A DNA stretch of 63,873 nt, the filler included, from Acidimicrobiia bacterium (GTDB taxonomy: Bacteria > Actinomycetota > Acidimicrobiia > Spongiisociales > SHLN01): NCBI GenBank assembly GCA_041619515.1. It is 3 parts of 3 records of this genome, joined end to end, with 100 filler letters (N's around TTAATTAATTAA, not from the genome) between each part and the next. Parts side by side here need not be neighbours in the genome. Positions count along the whole stretch, not along the records: positions 45,484 to 63,873 come from JBFKDW010000062.1; 2 more parts are not named here. One strand, given 5' to 3'. The position numbers and the translations under genes are program-made. The notes beneath the pieces are model-generated. The model was not told where the DNA came from. It was given only the letters and a program-made list of their open reading frames with translations, and did no database searches. Shown piece after piece: positions 63,708 to 63,873 of this stretch; positions within the stretch are counted from its first letter, which is position 1; each line of letters opens with the position of its first letter.

Positions 63708-63873
63708 ATGCTGACGAAGAAGGGTGGCTATGCGGTGGGAGCAGTCCTCGACATCGCCCGCCACCACCCCAAGCTGCGAACGACCCGCCAAATCACCGAG
63801 ACGATGGACCTGCCGCGGGACTTCATCAGCCAAATCCTGGCGTCGCTGGTGCGCTACGGGGTTCTCCGATCAG
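63708..63873 (+). CDS. Rrf2 family transcriptional regulator (partial, runs off window)
   Basis: MLTKKGGYAVGAVLDIARH...RQITETMDLPRDFISQILASLVRYGVL. Confidence 0.75.
   Translation, partial: MLTKKGGYAVGAVLDIARHHPKLRTTRQITETMDLPRDFISQILASLVRYGVLRS

Overview
High-GC actinobacterial sequence. Gene content suggests an Acidimicrobiia-like organism (WhiB, GlnR, DUF3107, Thr-rich lipoproteins); this is inference. Two 100-nt N blocks with a TTAATTAATTAA linker (23072-23171, 45384-45483) split the window into three contig pieces, so synteny across them is not evidence. Piece 1 holds the core lepA/rpsT-greA/holA-comEC-comEA/ppk2/leuS region. It also holds an unannotated ~240-nt structured RNA with a 16S-complementary leader and a 13-codon ORF (13145-13382, the best candidate for a novel element), a yybP-ykoY riboswitch-led stress/K+ antiporter operon, and an integrase-less islet bounded by a 96-bp direct repeat at tRNA-Ala(GGC). 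Piece 2 holds mrp, Ku and a minimal LigD ligase, whiB with a perfect CRP box, tRNA-Arg(CCG), and a back-to-back pair of Mo-hydroxylase operons: form I CO dehydrogenase coxMSL (AYRCSFR) and form II-like coxSLM (AYRGAGR) with CoxD/E/XdhC. It ends in a probable IS110 left end. Piece 3 holds glnII-glnA-glnR with a GlnR box, Fe-S genes, a GMC oxidoreductase, a TMADH-family flavoprotein, an M23 peptidase, ppdK and a partial Rrf2 gene. All family calls come from motif recognition by eye; no database searches were run.
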